From a bacterium (GTDB lineage Bacteria > Electryoneota > Electryoneia > Electryoneales > Electryoneaceae): a stretch of 64,000 nt of DNA. Below the pieces are notes generated by a model. The model did no database searches, had not been told where the DNA came from, and worked only from the letters and a program-made list of their open reading frames with translations. This document shows positions 18,642-29,819 of the stretch, piece by piece; the stretch's first letter is position 1; each line of letters starts with the position of its first letter. The stretch spans positions 3,616,001 to 3,680,000 of the forward strand of contig OY769902.1 in assembly GCA_963669175.1 (NCBI GenBank). The letters are read 5' to 3'. A program made the position numbers and the translations under genes.

Positions 18642-21600
18642 ATGCATATTCAGCGCACGTGGTATAGCTGTATCCGTCCGTTTCTCCTGTTGGTATTTCT
18701 ATCTCTTTTTCTGCCAGTCGCGGGTTTGTATTCACAATCCGCTGTAATAAACCCTCCCACAAGTATTTCTCGTGAAAAAGCTGAGTTGTTCTGTGAGTTC
18801 CTCTCCCCTGTTCCGGACGCTGAATATGTTCATCGAGAAAGCAGTATCATCATTCGCCAGGGCGAAAAAATAAACACCGCTTCTATCGACAAATTCCTGA
18901 TTGAGCTTTCAGGCAGCAAGAGCGGCCAGCATGCCGGAGACCTGATCCTGGCAAAGGATCAGAAGACGCTAATCTTCACCCCCTTTTCGCCATTTCAGCC
19001 ATCAGAAACTGTAACCGTCACCATTCTCAACGGGTCAGCAACTTCCTCCGGCGTTTTCGTTCCGGCAATTTCCTACACATTCCGTGTATCTGACAATCAG
19101 GTTGATCATGTATTCAACTCCAGTGAATACGAAGAATCGGAACCTGAGAATTCAGGAAATGGCAGCGCTGGCGAGCTTGATGAGTACACTCTGCCGTTTG
19201 ATGTTCCTGAATTCGGTGTAACTGAAACAAATCATCCCGCGGAAGGATTGATGCTGATTCTCCGCAAAAGCACTACATTCAATTCACATGACTACATGGT
19301 GGGTGTGAACAATCATGGTGAGGCTGAGTTTTATTATAAGGTTGTAAAAGGCGCTGCAAACCTGGATTATCAACCAAGCGGTTTACTGAGCTGGTATGAT
19401 CCATTGCATTTGCGTTACATGCTCATGGATACAACTTTTACACTTGTAGACTCATTCGCTTGTGTGGATGGGTATGATGCTGACATGCATGACTTTCAGC
19501 ATCTTCCCAATGGTCACGCATTCCTGATTGCATATGACCCACAAGAAGTCGATATGAGCCAGGTTGTTCCAGGAGGGCGCGAAGAAGCGCTTGTCATTGG
19601 ATTGATCATTCAGGAACTTGATGAAGATCATAACCTCGTATTTCAATGGCGAAGCTGGGATTTTTTCGAGATTACGGATGCTTCGGACTGGATAAATCTG
19701 CGTGCAGCAACAGTTGATTACGTTCACGGCAATGCGATTTCGATAGATGAAGATGGCGCTATTCTCCTTTCCTCACGGCATATGGACGAGATCACAAAAA
19801 TCGACGGTAGCACAGGTGATCTTTTGTGGCGAATGGGGGGCAACAACAATGACTTTACCTTCCATAATGATATGTATGCGTTTTCCTGCCAACATGATAT
19901 TCGGCGGCTTCCCAACGGGAATCTCACCCTTTTCGACAATGGAAACTATCATGATCCGCCTTTTACCCGTGTAATTGAGTACCAGGTTGATGAGATTTCA
20001 CATGAAGCTTCGATTGTCTGGGAATACGTAAATCCATTGGGCTACACTTCACCTTCCATGGGCTCGATACAACGGTTGGAAAACGGAAACACACTGATTG
20101 GCTGGGGATCGAGAAATGACATGGAATCTATTCCCGAGTGGGTTGAAATAACTCCCAATGGCGCAACTGCTTTCGAAATGTGGTTCGAAGACGATAATAC
20201 TCCATATAGAATCAGGCGACACACCTGGAATGGTGTAGCAGCACGTCCCAGTATTGTAGCGCTTCCTGACGAGAATGGCGATATCGCCCTGTCATTCGGT
20301 TTCTTCGGGCACGAAGATGTCGCCATGTACTATATCTACGAAGGTAACTCGCCACATCCAGACATAATACTTGATTCCACAACATTAACCTCAATGACTA
20401 CACGCGGCGTTGATTTACTTCCCGGCGCGCATAAGTATTATACAGTATCTGCACGTTTGACAAATGGCCTGTATTCTGAAATGTCTTACGTTGAAGAATA
20501 TACTCATCCTTCGTTATTCACCTTGAATCATCCGCGAGATAACGAAACTATCGTGGACGATGTAGTTACACTTCGCTGGTATCGTAACCCGGCATATCCA
20601 GCTCATATTGCTATAAACTACCATCTTGAATACAGTACCGATCCTGACTTTTCAGAATTCTCATATATCATCACTCAGGACACCTCATTTGTGCTTGAAG
20701 AATTGGATGAGTTGCCTGATGACATTACTATTTACTGGCGAGTCTATTTCATTGACATTTTCAATAACGAGATTTGGACAATTCCAGGCAGGAACGGCTG
20801 GTCATTCTCCATTGCAATTCCTGAATCACCCGCTGAATTTCATTTACGCACACCTGAAGATGGCAGTTCACTTGGGACGCTTGAAGCAACCTTCACATGG
20901 ACTCGTTCATCCGATCCTGACCCCGACAGCGACTTGCAGTACCAGCTTGAGCTAGCCCGTGACAGTTCATTCTCGGATACCAACCTGATAGACCTGTATA
21001 CCACGCAAAGCAATTCACATGTTGTTTCCAATTTATCCTGCAATACGGAATACTGGTGGCGTGTTCTGGCAACCGATAACAATACAGACGGCACCTATTC
21101 TTCAGAGACATTCAGGTTCGGAACGGATGTGTCAGAACCGCCTTCAGCATTCATTCTGTCAACACCTCAGGATCACGACACTTTGACACTGAACAGCTCT
21201 GCTGAGATCGAATTCGTATGGTTTCAGTCAATTGATCCCAACCTGGGACAAATACCCACTTATCAATTATTTGTCCTGGCAACCATGGAGGCGCAAGATT
21301 CGTTGCTGACCATTTCAGACATTCCAGATACGATGATAGCAATTCCACTCCTGGATTCCCTGGGCCTGGAAGATCTGAAAACACCAAGGGTAATAACCTG
21401 GTGGGTTCAGGCGATTTCCTGCGGCGACACTGTACGATGCGAATCAGAATTCACTTTCCTTTTGGTCCAGAATACCGATGTCAGCTTTAATGACGATCCG
21501 AGCGTGCCCTCCGAATTTGCACTGAGCCCATTCTATCCCAATCCCTTCAATGCCGCATGTCATGCGCAAATAGCGCTTCCTGTTTCCGAGATGTTGCAGG

Positions 21601-21776
21601 TAAACGTCTATGATATACTCGGCAGGCAAGTGGCGATACTTGCATCAGGACAATACCCTGCTGGTTATCACAAACTTGAATTTCATAACAACCAGCTATC
21701 CAGCGGAATTTACTTCGTGCAAATTCAAGCCGGGACTGCGATCAACGTGGTACGCAAGGTGGTTTTACTGCGATAG
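18642..21776 (+). CDS. Secreted aryl-sulfate sulfotransferase-like protein with Ig/Fn3 domains and T9SS sorting domain
   Basis: DMHDF, DYVHGNAI, SSRHMDEITKID, QHDIRRLPNGNLTLFDNGN and QRLENGNTLIGWG; C-terminal YPNPFN...YDILGRQV...SGIYF...KVVLLR. Confidence 0.8.
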   Translation: MHIQRTWYSCIRPFLLLVFLSLFLPVAGLYSQSAVINPPTSISREKAELFCEFLSPVPDAEYVHRESSIIIRQGEKINTASIDKFLIELSGSKSGQHAGDLILAKDQKTLIFTPFSPFQPSETVTVTILNGSATSSGVFVPAISYTFRVSDNQVDHVFNSSEYEESEPENSGNGSAGELDEYTLPFDVPEFGVTETNHPAEGLMLILRKSTTFNSHDYMVGVNNHGEAEFYYKVVKGAANLDYQPSGLLSWYDPLHLRYMLMDTTFTLVDSFACVDGYDADMHDFQHLPNGHAFLIAYDPQEVDMSQVVPGGREEALVIGLIIQELDEDHNLVFQWRSWDFFEITDASDWINLRAATVDYVHGNAISIDEDGAILLSSRHMDEITKIDGSTGDLLWRMGGNNNDFTFHNDMYAFSCQHDIRRLPNGNLTLFDNGNYHDPPFTRVIEYQVDEISHEASIVWEYVNPLGYTSPSMGSIQRLENGNTLIGWGSRNDMESIPEWVEITPNGATAFEMWFEDDNTPYRIRRHTWNGVAARPSIVALPDENGDIALSFGFFGHEDVAMYYIYEGNSPHPDIILDSTTLTSMTTRGVDLLPGAHKYYTVSARLTNGLYSEMSYVEEYTHPSLFTLNHPRDNETIVDDVVTLRWYRNPAYPAHIAINYHLEYSTDPDFSEFSYIITQDTSFVLEELDELPDDITIYWRVYFIDIFNNEIWTIPGRNGWSFSIAIPESPAEFHLRTPEDGSSLGTLEATFTWTRSSDPDPDSDLQYQLELARDSSFSDTNLIDLYTTQSNSHVVSNLSCNTEYWWRVLATDNNTDGTYSSETFRFGTDVSEPPSAFILSTPQDHDTLTLNSSAEIEFVWFQSIDPNLGQIPTYQLFVLATMEAQDSLLTISDIPDTMIAIPLLDSLGLEDLKTPRVITWWVQAISCGDTVRCESEFTFLLVQNTDVSFNDDPSVPSEFALSPFYPNPFNAACHAQIALPVSEMLQVNVYDILGRQVAILASGQYPAGYHKLEFHNNQLSSGIYFVQIQAGTAINVVRKVVLLR

Positions 21777-21796
21777 GAAGAAAAAGGTGTAAACGC

Positions 21797-21828
21797 AACA
21801 AACCCTCACCGAATGGTGAGGGTTTGTT
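21797..21828. terminator. Bidirectional terminator hairpin
   Basis: AACAAACCCTCACC-GAAT-GGTGAGGGTTTGTT between a convergent CDS and tRNA. Confidence 0.75.
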
Positions 21829-21832
21829 TGTG

Positions 21833-21904
21833 TGACCCCTAGGGGAATCGAACCCCTGTTGCCGGGATGAAAACCCGAGGTCCTAACCACTAGACGAAGG
21901 GGTC
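21833..21904 (-). tRNA. tRNA-Glu(TTC)
   Basis: GACCCCTTCGTCTAGTGGTTAGGAC...TTTTCAT...GGTTCGATTCCCCTAGGGGTCA cloverleaf. Confidence 0.95.
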
Positions 21905-21968
21905 GTCAACAGCGCGTAAGTATAAGGTATCGGGAAGCGGAATTCAACCCATCCTACTCCTGCCTCCA

Positions 21969-22046
21969 TGGGGTCCGAGACGGGACTTGAACCCGTGACC
22001 TCCTGATCCACAGTCAGGCGCTCTAACCAACTGAGCTACACGGACC
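21969..22046 (-). tRNA. tRNA-His(GTG)
   Basis: GGTCCGTGTAGCTCAGTTGGTTAGAGCGCCTGACTGTGGATCAGG...GGTTCAAGTCCC...CCCA, with encoded G-1 and CCA. Confidence 0.95.
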
Positions 22047-22280
22047 ATTTTCGCAACGTCCAAGAACGTAACATCGGATATCCGTATACGCAATGCCCGG
22101 ATTACCCTCCGTTTCTAAAACGAAGTCCAATAGTACAATTTTCATTCGTCTGACACAAGACATTTTACCCGGAGCGTCTCTTCGGGATAATACGCTGTCG
22201 TCTGTTATTCCCTTGACCATAGCCGCAAACTTTGGTTAATTCCTTTATCGCTTCTATCAACTTTGCATGGTGACCAGGTT

Positions 22281-24176
22281 ATGCTGCAACAGGCAACCGA
22301 AAAAGAGCAGGTAAATCTGTACCTTCAGTTCCTCGAGAGTTTTCCGGTGGCTGCCATGCTCTGGTCCATGCAGGATAACGTAGAAATCCGATTGATCGGA
22401 GTCAATGAAGCTTTCAACATCTGTTATTCACGATATAATTCTGGAATTGATTTATCCATCTCCGGGATTGAATCAAACTTCCTTCAGAACAACTCCATGC
22501 ATACCCATCTTGAAGCAGCTCTTCTGGCCGATTCAAACAGTGCTGAGAATCATGCTGTCAAGCATGCGCCATTGGTATTGCCTCATTCATTGCAAATCGA
22601 TTTTGTACTGAATCCTTTTCCTCTGGCAATGGGATCGACCAATAAATACCTCCTGGTGACAATGTTGAACCTGGAAACCGAAACAGAATTGCATCCTGGC
22701 AATAATACAGATTCCAGTAGCGCGTCCTCCCCTGCCATCTGCACAGAGACAAACAGCGATTCAACAGGCCATAAAGAAATCATCTCAGATTTATACCAGG
22801 ATTACAGAAACGTAGTCGAGAGTAGCGATGATCCGATACTACTCGTGGACGAAAAAGATTGCGTGCGAATATCCAATGTAGCGTTCAACGGCATGTTCCA
22901 ATTATCATCAACGGATACAAACGGCTTTCGCCTGGACCAGGTCTTCAAAGATGCGGACATGCTGGAACGCTTCAGGAACAGGATAAAAATTTGCCGCCAG
23001 GGCCTGCAACCTCCGGTTCAGTTTGAAAATATTATACGCTATCGTGACAGCGACAGCAGGCATATGCAAATATCCTATTACCCGGTAAAAGATGAAGCTT
23101 CATCTATTCACGGTGTCGTAGTAATTTTCAAGGATACGACCGAGCTGGTACGTGCAGAAATGGCATTTAAAACTTTTAAGGAAGTAATCGATAAAGCAGG
23201 TTATGGCGCACTGATAACAGACTTGCAGGGGAATATCATCTATGTCAATAAATCTTATGCCCAGATGCACGATTACAAATTGAAAGAACTGATCAGCAAG
23301 AATGCCTCCGTGTTTCATACGGATCAGCAATGGGATTATCTCGAACAACTGTTCAAGCTGATGATTGAGACAAGACACACCTTCACTGATGAAATCTGGC
23401 ACAAGCGAAAGAACGGGACAGCTTTTCCTGCGATGATGACCGGTACGATTATTGAAAATGATCGTGGAACACCGCAGTATATCTCTGTCACAGCGATTGA
23501 TATCACCGCAAAACAGGAAGCTGAAGAGCAAATCCGGCACAGCCTGAAAGAGAAAGAGATTCTCCTGAAGGAAATTCACCACCGAGTGAAGAATAATCTG
23601 CAGATCATCTCGAGCCTTCTGAATCTCCAATCTGCTTCCCTGGATGATCCGCAATTGCAGACTCTGCTCTATGACAGCCAGAACCGTGTAAAGTCCATGG
23701 CATTAATCCATGACAGGCTTTACCGGGAAAAGGATTTTTCACGTATTGACTTTACGGAATATGTCCGTGATATCGTGGAGAATCTGTTTCAATCGTATAT
23801 CAGTTCTGATCGTGTCACCCACAGCATCGACTTCCAGAAAACGTGGTTTGACTTCGACATTGCAATTCCTTTGGGCTTGATTATAAATGAGATCGTCTCA
23901 AACAGTCTGAAGCATGCCTTCCCGGATAATCGTGAAGGGCATATAAACCTGGTATTCACAAAAGAGTCTGAGAATATTTACACATTGATCGTAGCGGATA
24001 ACGGCATTGGATTGCCGGAAAAACTGGAAGTTGCCACACTGGAATCACTGGGCATGAAACTCATCCATACACTGGTAGATCAGCTTGAGGGAGAATTGTC
24101 CATGGAAAGCGGAAATGGCAGCAAGTTTACCATTACATTTGAATATGATGAATCACTTTGGCCTGGAGGTGACTGA
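22281..24176 (+). CDS. PAS-PAS sensor histidine kinase (HisKA_2/HWE-like)
   Basis: Two PAS domains; H-box LLKEIHHRVKNNLQ; NEIVSNSLKHAF and DNGIG. Confidence 0.9.
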   Translation: MLQQATEKEQVNLYLQFLESFPVAAMLWSMQDNVEIRLIGVNEAFNICYSRYNSGIDLSISGIESNFLQNNSMHTHLEAALLADSNSAENHAVKHAPLVLPHSLQIDFVLNPFPLAMGSTNKYLLVTMLNLETETELHPGNNTDSSSASSPAICTETNSDSTGHKEIISDLYQDYRNVVESSDDPILLVDEKDCVRISNVAFNGMFQLSSTDTNGFRLDQVFKDADMLERFRNRIKICRQGLQPPVQFENIIRYRDSDSRHMQISYYPVKDEASSIHGVVVIFKDTTELVRAEMAFKTFKEVIDKAGYGALITDLQGNIIYVNKSYAQMHDYKLKELISKNASVFHTDQQWDYLEQLFKLMIETRHTFTDEIWHKRKNGTAFPAMMTGTIIENDRGTPQYISVTAIDITAKQEAEEQIRHSLKEKEILLKEIHHRVKNNLQIISSLLNLQSASLDDPQLQTLLYDSQNRVKSMALIHDRLYREKDFSRIDFTEYVRDIVENLFQSYISSDRVTHSIDFQKTWFDFDIAIPLGLIINEIVSNSLKHAFPDNREGHINLVFTKESENIYTLIVADNGIGLPEKLEVATLESLGMKLIHTLVDQLEGELSMESGNGSKFTITFEYDESLWPGGD

Positions 24177-25579
24177 TGTCGGTACGCATCATGATATTCG
24201 AAGATGAAGGCATAATTGCGCAGGACTTAAAACTCCGCCTTGAGAAACTGGGCTATGTTGTTCCTGCGATGGCCGTTTCCGGGAAAAATGTTTTAGCGAA
24301 GGTTGGAGCTGCCGATCCGGACCTGATTTTCATGGATATCATGCTGAAAGGACGAACGGATGGCATTGATCTGGCCGGTAAAATAAAAGAGCATTTCGAT
24401 GTCCCCATCGTCTTCCTGACCGCGCTGTCGGATGATCGAACCCTGGAACGAGCCAAAGAAACTGAACCCTACAACTATCTGCTCAAACCCTTTCACGACA
24501 ACGAACTCAGAATCACAATCGAAATGGCGCTGGACAAGCATTCACGTGATACCAGAAAACAGGAACAGCAGAAATGGTATCAGGCGGTGTTGGCCAGCAT
24601 GGGTGAAGCAGTGCTGGTAATCGATAAAAAAGGAATTGTTACTTATTGCAATGAGATAGCGGCGAAATTCTTCAAACAGGAAATCAATGAGCTACAACAT
24701 TCCAATGTCCGTCACCTCATCACTGTTCATAAGGAAAAATCTGACCGGATAATAGATAATCTCGCTTCCATCTTTAATGGCGATGCTTTATCCGTCTCCC
24801 TGCAAGTCGAGTTCACCGGTCCCAGTCCTGACACTCCAGGCATGATTATCGCATCACCTGTACGTATTGATCCTTCGATCATTTCCGGGGCCACTCTGAT
24901 CATTCACAGTGAAGCAAGCAGTGGAAAGACACAGGACACAACTGATGCATCCGCTGGTATCAAGCTGGATGTTCCGCTTGCTATTCATGATCCATTCATC
25001 CTGCAATGCCTGACAAATGCGCCAACGATTCGCCAGCAGGGGACAAACATCGTCAGGACATTTGGCGACTTCAAGATGCGAATTGAGGAGCAGGATATAA
25101 AGCTGACCGAATGGCGTTCAAAAAAAGCGCTCGATGTGCTGGCCTTCCTGATTTTACATTATCCTTCACCGGTTCATAAAGAAATGCTGATAAATTTTCT
25201 TTGGCCGGATATTGATGTAAACACGGGAATCAGCAGGCTGCATCATGTGGTCAGCGAACTTCGAAAGTATCTTTCCCCTGAATCTCAGCGATACAAACGT
25301 CACAGCTATGTCCAATACAGCCACAATGAATACCGTTTCGACCCGCAGGATCAGGTTGTGCTGGACCTTGTAATGTTCGAAGAGCTGGTCAAGGTGGGCA
25401 ACCGGATGTGGAACAGTGACAACCGAAAACGTGCAAAAGAGTTTTACGAAGAAGCGCTACTCTGGAAAACAGGCGACCTGTTCCCCAAATACAGGTATGA
25501 TGAAGAATTCGAAGATAAAAGAGACGCAATGAACCTGCTTGAAGAAACAGCACAGGAGCGGTTGGAAAAAATGAGTTGA
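24176..25579 (+). CDS. Response regulator: REC + PAS + wHTH/BTAD (SARP-like) output
   Basis: IFEDE, FMDIML, FLTA and YLLKP receiver motifs; TFGDF..WRSKKALDVLAFL..LWP..LRK..EEALLWKTGDLF SARP-like region. Confidence 0.82.
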   Translation: MSVRIMIFEDEGIIAQDLKLRLEKLGYVVPAMAVSGKNVLAKVGAADPDLIFMDIMLKGRTDGIDLAGKIKEHFDVPIVFLTALSDDRTLERAKETEPYNYLLKPFHDNELRITIEMALDKHSRDTRKQEQQKWYQAVLASMGEAVLVIDKKGIVTYCNEIAAKFFKQEINELQHSNVRHLITVHKEKSDRIIDNLASIFNGDALSVSLQVEFTGPSPDTPGMIIASPVRIDPSIISGATLIIHSEASSGKTQDTTDASAGIKLDVPLAIHDPFILQCLTNAPTIRQQGTNIVRTFGDFKMRIEEQDIKLTEWRSKKALDVLAFLILHYPSPVHKEMLINFLWPDIDVNTGISRLHHVVSELRKYLSPESQRYKRHSYVQYSHNEYRFDPQDQVVLDLVMFEELVKVGNRMWNSDNRKRAKEFYEEALLWKTGDLFPKYRYDEEFEDKRDAMNLLEETAQERLEKMS

Positions 25580-25787
25580 GTAATGCTTCTTGACAACCAT
25601 AGGCTGGGTGGCCCGATTTTACCCTGTGATGATGCTGATGTTTTGTTGCACTTTTAATTTTGGATAAATGTATTCTCGCATATCAAAATCGGAGGGGCAA
25701 AGTCGGGATTATGAGAATATCTCCCCACTCAAACATTTGTCCGAAGAACGAGCGCCTCGACAATCCCGACTTGCCTCCAGGGGCGCT

Positions 25788-26624
25788 TTACAAATACAGG
25801 TTCAGATCGATCTCATCAACATGTGCGGAATCCCAGATCGTATCAAGCTCATCTTCTTGAAGACCAAGCTTTTCGAGCGCATACACATGTGTCTTCTCGA
25901 CGACATTTGTACCGCTCTCGCCAACATTGTACATGTGACACATACCGTTTGCGATATGGGTAACGGATGGCATCATACTCTCTACCGGGCCATTCTCGGG
26001 ATCATGATGGTGATGAATCGCTTCTATCAGGGTCTGCGGCAGTTCCCAGTGCTCTGCGATCTTCGTTCCGATTTCACAATGGTCTATTCCCAGCAACTTC
26101 AGTTCTGCATCACGCATGCTGACATCATGTTCTTTGGCATATGTCAGCGCTCTCTCCAGCTCCAAAGGGAAAAACTGATCCAGCACGACCTTCCCGATAT
26201 CATGCAGCAATCCGGCTACAAAAGCATCCTCAGCGCTGATCGATCGTGCCTTTTTGCTTAATGCGCGCGCGACATATGCCGTGGCGACTGAATGCATCCA
26301 GAATTGATCCCTGGACAACATCGGGGTTCTTCCGCCGGGATACTGACGGGTAAGAATCAGCGCCATTGCAATATTGACAACTTCATTAAAGCCGAGTATC
26401 ACAGTTGCATGTTCAATGTTGCCAATGCTTCGGCTGAAACCGAAGTAGGCGCTGTTGACAATACGCAGGATACGAGCGGTAAGGGAAAGGTCTTCCTTGA
26501 TACAGCGAGAAAGGTCTTTTGCTGAAGACTCGGGATCACCGTTTATCTGTAGAATACGCTGAACAATGCTGGGGAAAGGTGCGAGGTTTTCTATTTGCCC
26601 CAGTTCTGCACGGATATCAATCAT
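25788..26624 (-). CDS. HDOD domain signal transduction protein
   Basis: [40 protein letters not shown] and HWELP. Confidence 0.9.
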   Translation of the reverse strand: MIDIRAELGQIENLAPFPSIVQRILQINGDPESSAKDLSRCIKEDLSLTARILRIVNSAYFGFSRSIGNIEHATVILGFNEVVNIAMALILTRQYPGGRTPMLSRDQFWMHSVATAYVARALSKKARSISAEDAFVAGLLHDIGKVVLDQFFPLELERALTYAKEHDVSMRDAELKLLGIDHCEIGTKIAEHWELPQTLIEAIHHHHDPENGPVESMMPSVTHIANGMCHMYNVGESGTNVVEKTHVYALEKLGLQEDELDTIWDSAHVDEIDLNLYL

Positions 26625-26694
26625 GCCGGCGCTCCCGGTTCAAAATGCAATAGAAAGAATAGTTCGCCTGTTATTGGATTGTATCCTGTAATAA

Positions 26695-26771
26695 TGGTAC
26701 GCCCGTTGGGACTCGAACCCAAAACCCCCGGCTTAGAAGGCCGGTGCTCTATCCGGTTGAGCTACGGGCGC
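26695..26771 (-). tRNA. tRNA-Arg(TCT)
   Basis: GCGCCCGTAGCTCAACCGGATAGAGCACCGGCCTTCTAAGCCGG...GGTTCGAGTCCCAACGGGCGTACCA. Confidence 0.95.
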
Positions 26772-26868
26772 ATTACGGTCGAGCTACCGTGCTCCTTCAA
26801 CCGTATCGCTTGGATGCTGTGAACGTCCATGAAGGTCATCGCACAGGCAATCCAAAGAAAAACAACGA

Positions 26869-26944
<76 letters not shown>

Positions 26945-27090
26945 TCTATGAATTAGCATGACAAAGTAGATGTCTGCCCCGATGCCTGTCAAGCCTTGGG
27001 AGACCCCATTCAGGGCTCGTTATGCCAAACTTTTCCTGTGGTTTTTTCTTGGTTGAGTGAGTACCATTCAATACCTTGTCAGGTAGTAAC

Positions 27091-27669
27091 ATGGATGATG
27101 ACGTGCTTGGAAAAATCCTTTCATACCTGGTAGTTCTGGTGCTCGGACTTGTTGCCGGAATCATCATTGGCAGCATGCGCGTCCCACCTCCAACCCATAT
27201 CCCCACACCGCATTCAGACTTTCGCTTACTGGAAAGCGGAAATTCTGATCAGGCAGAAAAGGTCAACGAGAACCAACACGCAGCGTCGGTCGTCTCATCT
27301 TCGAAAGAAACTGCTGATCTGTTTGAGAAGAAGAACTGGCCGCAGGGACGTGTGGCAAACCTGACACCCACATTCGCCAACCTCAGTACTTCCTGGCGTG
27401 ATCGTACCCTGTATTATCATTTTAAAGTTTTCCCTGATACAGTACTGCAACGTCACCTGAAATCAGGCAAGACAAGCTCATCAGGATTCACCATTCGTCT
27501 GCTGGATCGGAACCGTTTTCTACTGCATACTATCTTCATTCCATACTACCGGATGTCCTCTTTTCGTAATGAGAGAATGGACTTGAACGGCCTGGAGGTA
27601 AACGAATCCATTCCCTTGCAAAAAGAGGACTACCGGTTTGCCGCGTTCTGGGAAGTGGAATGGGAGTAG
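27091..27669 (+). CDS. Hypothetical membrane-anchored protein
   Basis: Single N-terminal TM helix (ILSYLVVLVLGLVAGIIIG); the ORF fills the intergenic gap. Confidence 0.6.
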   Translation: MDDDVLGKILSYLVVLVLGLVAGIIIGSMRVPPPTHIPTPHSDFRLLESGNSDQAEKVNENQHAASVVSSSKETADLFEKKNWPQGRVANLTPTFANLSTSWRDRTLYYHFKVFPDTVLQRHLKSGKTSSSGFTIRLLDRNRFLLHTIFIPYYRMSSFRNERMDLNGLEVNESIPLQKEDYRFAAFWEVEWE

Positions 27670-27700
27670 TTGCGGATATCGTTTACCATGAGGAATAGTA

Positions 27701-28930
27701 TCAATCTTCGTTCACATCCGCCCCGGCATGGACAACGACAATCCCTTCATCACTGATGGCAAAACGCTTTTTATCTTCTTCCAGATCAACCCCGATTCTG
27801 GAGTTGGGTGGGATTTGCACCCCGACATCAACAATGGCATTCCGAAGAATAGACCCACGCCCCACTCGCACCCGGTCAAACAGGATACAACCGTATACAT
27901 CAGAGAAAGAACCGACTCGCACTTCGGGCGATACCACAGATTTTTCAACCCGTCCCCCTGAGATAATCACCCCGGGTGACAGCAGAGAATCAACCGCACG
28001 TCCGACACGTCCTTCACGTTCATTGTTGAAAACCGTTTTCGCAGGTGGTAATTCACTGTTAAAACTTCGAATAGGCCAGGAATAATCATACAGGTTAAAG
28101 ACTGGATCCACATCAATCAAATCCATGTTGGCTTTGTAATAAGCGTCTATAGTCCCGATATCACGCCAGTACGGTTCCTTTTTACGGTTCTCGTCTTCAA
28201 AAATGTATGCTGAGATGTTGGCTTTCGCTTGTAACAGGCGTGGTATGATATCCGTCCCGAAATCGAAATGCTCTTCCGGATTAATCACTTCATATGACAA
28301 GATTTCTTTCAGGAAATCACGTTTAAGGATATACAAACCCATATTACAGATGGCACGGTCAGGCTCGGAAGGAAGCGGCGCAGGATTTTCCGGCTTTTCT
28401 TCAAATGAAAGCACATGAAGATTTGTGTCAACTGTCACGACACCGAGATTCTTCGCAATGTCCAATGGCATGTCAACACAGGCGATAGTAAGATCCGCCT
28501 CTCGGTTCATGTGGTATTCCAGCATTTTCCGGTAGTCCATCTTGTACACATGATCCCCGGACAGAATCAGTAGATAAGAATTATCCTCCTTGTCAATCAT
28601 GTCAATATTGCGGTAAATCGAATCTGCCGTCCCACGATACCATTCACGCCCGGAATAATGCTGCGGGGGACGCGCTTCAATAAACTCGCCCAGTTCTGCA
28701 CGGAACAGACGACACCAGCCAAGACGAAGATGACGTTCCAACGAAGAAGAAGCGAACTGGGTAAGCACAAAAACGCGGCGAAGCCCTGAATTCAAACAAT
28801 TGGATAGCGTAAAATCGATAATACGGTAAATGCCTCCGAACCGGATGGCAGGTTTGGCACGGTGTAATGTAAGTGGGGCAAGTCGTTTGCCACGACCTCC
28901 GGCAAGGATCATCGTCGTAACATCTTCCAT
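27701..28930 (-). CDS. glgC: Glucose-1-phosphate adenylyltransferase
   Basis: LAGGRGKRL, RAKPAIRFGG, WYRGTADS, SGDHVYKMDY, FEEKP and YWRDIGT. Confidence 0.95.
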   Translation of the reverse strand: MEDVTTMILAGGRGKRLAPLTLHRAKPAIRFGGIYRIIDFTLSNCLNSGLRRVFVLTQFASSSLERHLRLGWCRLFRAELGEFIEARPPQHYSGREWYRGTADSIYRNIDMIDKEDNSYLLILSGDHVYKMDYRKMLEYHMNREADLTIACVDMPLDIAKNLGVVTVDTNLHVLSFEEKPENPAPLPSEPDRAICNMGLYILKRDFLKEILSYEVINPEEHFDFGTDIIPRLLQAKANISAYIFEDENRKKEPYWRDIGTIDAYYKANMDLIDVDPVFNLYDYSWPIRSFNSELPPAKTVFNNEREGRVGRAVDSLLSPGVIISGGRVEKSVVSPEVRVGSFSDVYGCILFDRVRVGRGSILRNAIVDVGVQIPPNSRIGVDLEEDKKRFAISDEGIVVVHAGADVNED

Positions 28931-29102
28931 CGACACCTCCCCGGTAACACTGGAATATTATACAATACTATTGGTTTTTTCTCCTTACAAGCAAATTTTT
29001 TCCGATATTTGAAAAGTGGTTCCACATTTTACGTTACCTTTTTCGCTGAACTCCAGAGTACCGGGGATCTAAACCACCACGTTCCGCGTTCACTGGAAGA
29101 CC

Positions 29103-29819
29103 ATGATTGAGATAAAAGAACTGACAAAACACTACCTGCTGGGTGGACAGGAAGTACGAGCCCTTGATGGTATCGACATGACGATCCCAAATGGGGAATT
29201 CCTGCGGATTGTTGGCTCTTCGGGGTCCGGCAAATCGACCCTCCTGAACCTTATCGCCGGACTGGACACCCCCACTTCAGGTTCAATCTCCACCCCGTTC
29301 GGCGAACTGGCAACCATGACAGATAAACAGCGCAGCCGCTGGCGCAGCGAGTATATCGGTATGGTCTTCCAGTCGTTTAACCTGATCAATCACCACAACG
29401 CTTTGTACAATGTCGGACTTGGCCTGCTGTTCAAAGATGCGCCGTCCGATGAAAGACAAAAAGCTGCGATAGCCATGTTGACACGGCTGGGAATGGCTGA
29501 GCGTCTGCATCATAAACCGGCAGACCTGTCCGGTGGTGAACAACAGCGTGTGGCGCTGGCTCGTGCGCTGGTGAAGAAACCGACCCTGCTGCTTGCCGAT
29601 GAACCTACGGGCAACCTGGACCGTGAAAACGCCCTTCAAATCGAATCGCTGCTGGCGGATTTGAACCGGGAAGGTCTGACGGTTGTCGTGGTAACGCATG
29701 ATCCCGAGTTTGCCCTGTCTCATGCACACCGCACGCTACATCTAAGTTTCGGTAAACAGTCCAGTGAAGAGACTCACCGTTCCCTGGACACGCAGGAGAC
29801 AAGCTATGATCCTGCGTGA
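29103..29819 (+). CDS. ABC transporter ATP-binding protein (LolD/MacB-like)
   Basis: [24 protein letters not shown] and [11 protein letters not shown]. Confidence 0.92.
   Translation: MIEIKELTKHYLLGGQEVRALDGIDMTIPNGEFLRIVGSSGSGKSTLLNLIAGLDTPTSGSISTPFGELATMTDKQRSRWRSEYIGMVFQSFNLINHHNALYNVGLGLLFKDAPSDERQKAAIAMLTRLGMAERLHHKPADLSGGEQQRVALARALVKKPTLLLADEPTGNLDRENALQIESLLADLNREGLTVVVVTHDPEFALSHAHRTLHLSFGKQSSEETHRSLDTQETSYDPA

Noticed and set aside
21969-22046. U:U mismatch in the tRNA-His acceptor stem suggesting a pseudogene
   Set aside because: It is a single mismatch with G-1, C73 and CCA intact, which is tolerable variation.
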